A DNA stretch of 64,000 bases from Octopus sinensis. Taxonomy: Eukaryota. The translations under genes and the position numbers were made by a program. Shown piece by piece: positions 63,255 through 64,000 of this stretch. How positions within the stretch are numbered: position 1 is the first letter of the stretch; each line of letters starts with the position of its first letter. The stretch spans positions 102,486,001 through 102,550,000 of the forward strand of contig NC_043001.1 in assembly GCF_006345805.1 (NCBI RefSeq), in the 5' to 3' direction. The notes below the pieces were generated by a model that was not told the origin of the DNA, made no database searches, and was given only the letters and a program-made list of their open reading frames with translations.

Positions 63255-64000
63255 ATACCATCATCTGGCACAAAGACACATCCCTGAATACCACTCCCTT
63301 CTCAGTTGAGAAGGTCTTTACTTGCAAGTTATTTGGCCACCTCCCCAGTGCTGATGTCACCTAAACAGCACCCAGTACTGGGAAAGTATCCAGCTGTAGA
63401 AACCATGTCAAAAGTAAACGGTAGAGCCTGATACAGTTTTCTGAATTGCCAGCTCCTGTCAAACTGCCCAACCCATGCCACCACCACCACCACTGTTACC
63501 ACTGCTGCCATTACTACCATTATCATCGTAGCTGGATGCCCTTCCAGTTACTCAGCCTTACCTAATGTTCAATAAAGGATATATTATACCACATGTCTTT
63601 CCAGCCTGCAATGCCACCACTTGTAGCTGAGCAATTTTGGGACAAACACAAATGTAAACAAATAATACACAGGCACACACATACATATATCCCTACCCCC
63701 ACTAACCTATGCCACCATGCTTCCAAACTTGCACATACATGAATAGACAAACATCACACCAACATATACCCACACACCTACCTCCAGATGCACAATCACA
63801 TACATTTATCTACACACCCACTCCTTCCTCTCTTCTGGACATCCTCTCAGAGAATACTATTTCCTCACTGATTTTTAACACCTTAACCTTCCTCCTGGAG
63901 CCACCTCCCCCCCCCCTACAATATCTTATGTCCAAAACAACGCATTCTTATTTCAACTTCACAAGTATTAAACTAATGTCATGTTTCTCAAGCTTTGGTC

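Overview
Eukaryotic, AT-rich, microsatellite- and transposon-dense genomic DNA. The repeat content (tRNA-derived SINE families, RTE LINE 3' ends with (GAT)n tails, abundant (CA)n/(TA)n/(GA)n/(AAT)n) suggests a coleoid cephalopod, probably Octopus; this is an inference from recognition, not a search. Only one host coding exon is recognisable: a 163-bp minus-strand exon (19408-19570) of Greatwall kinase/MASTL (RTPKSVRR...LGTPDYLAPEIL) with canonical splice sites. No other MASTL exon was found, so most of the window is probably two very long introns. The rest is mobile DNA: a full-length but dead DD41D Tc1/mariner element with TIRs and TA TSD, further mariner remnants and MITEs, hAT (Buster-type) and piggyBac-type MITEs, a Helitron/HINE-like element, many RTE LINE 3' ends, R4/Dong-type restriction-like-endonuclease retrotransposons sitting in (AAT)n arrays, Penelope-like elements and at least three SINE families. 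The most notable items are a minimal type I hammerhead ribozyme motif (3132-3177), a near-perfect 81-nt hairpin (23174-23254), a near-identical 157/166-bp inverted duplication 1.87 kb apart (40593-42788), a Penelope-like element lacking its GIY-YIG core, and a nest of (AAT)n-associated retroelements (47750-50030). Most ORFs in the supplied track are spurious (microsatellite- or repeat-derived). Repeat boundaries are approximate unless TIRs or TSDs are quoted.
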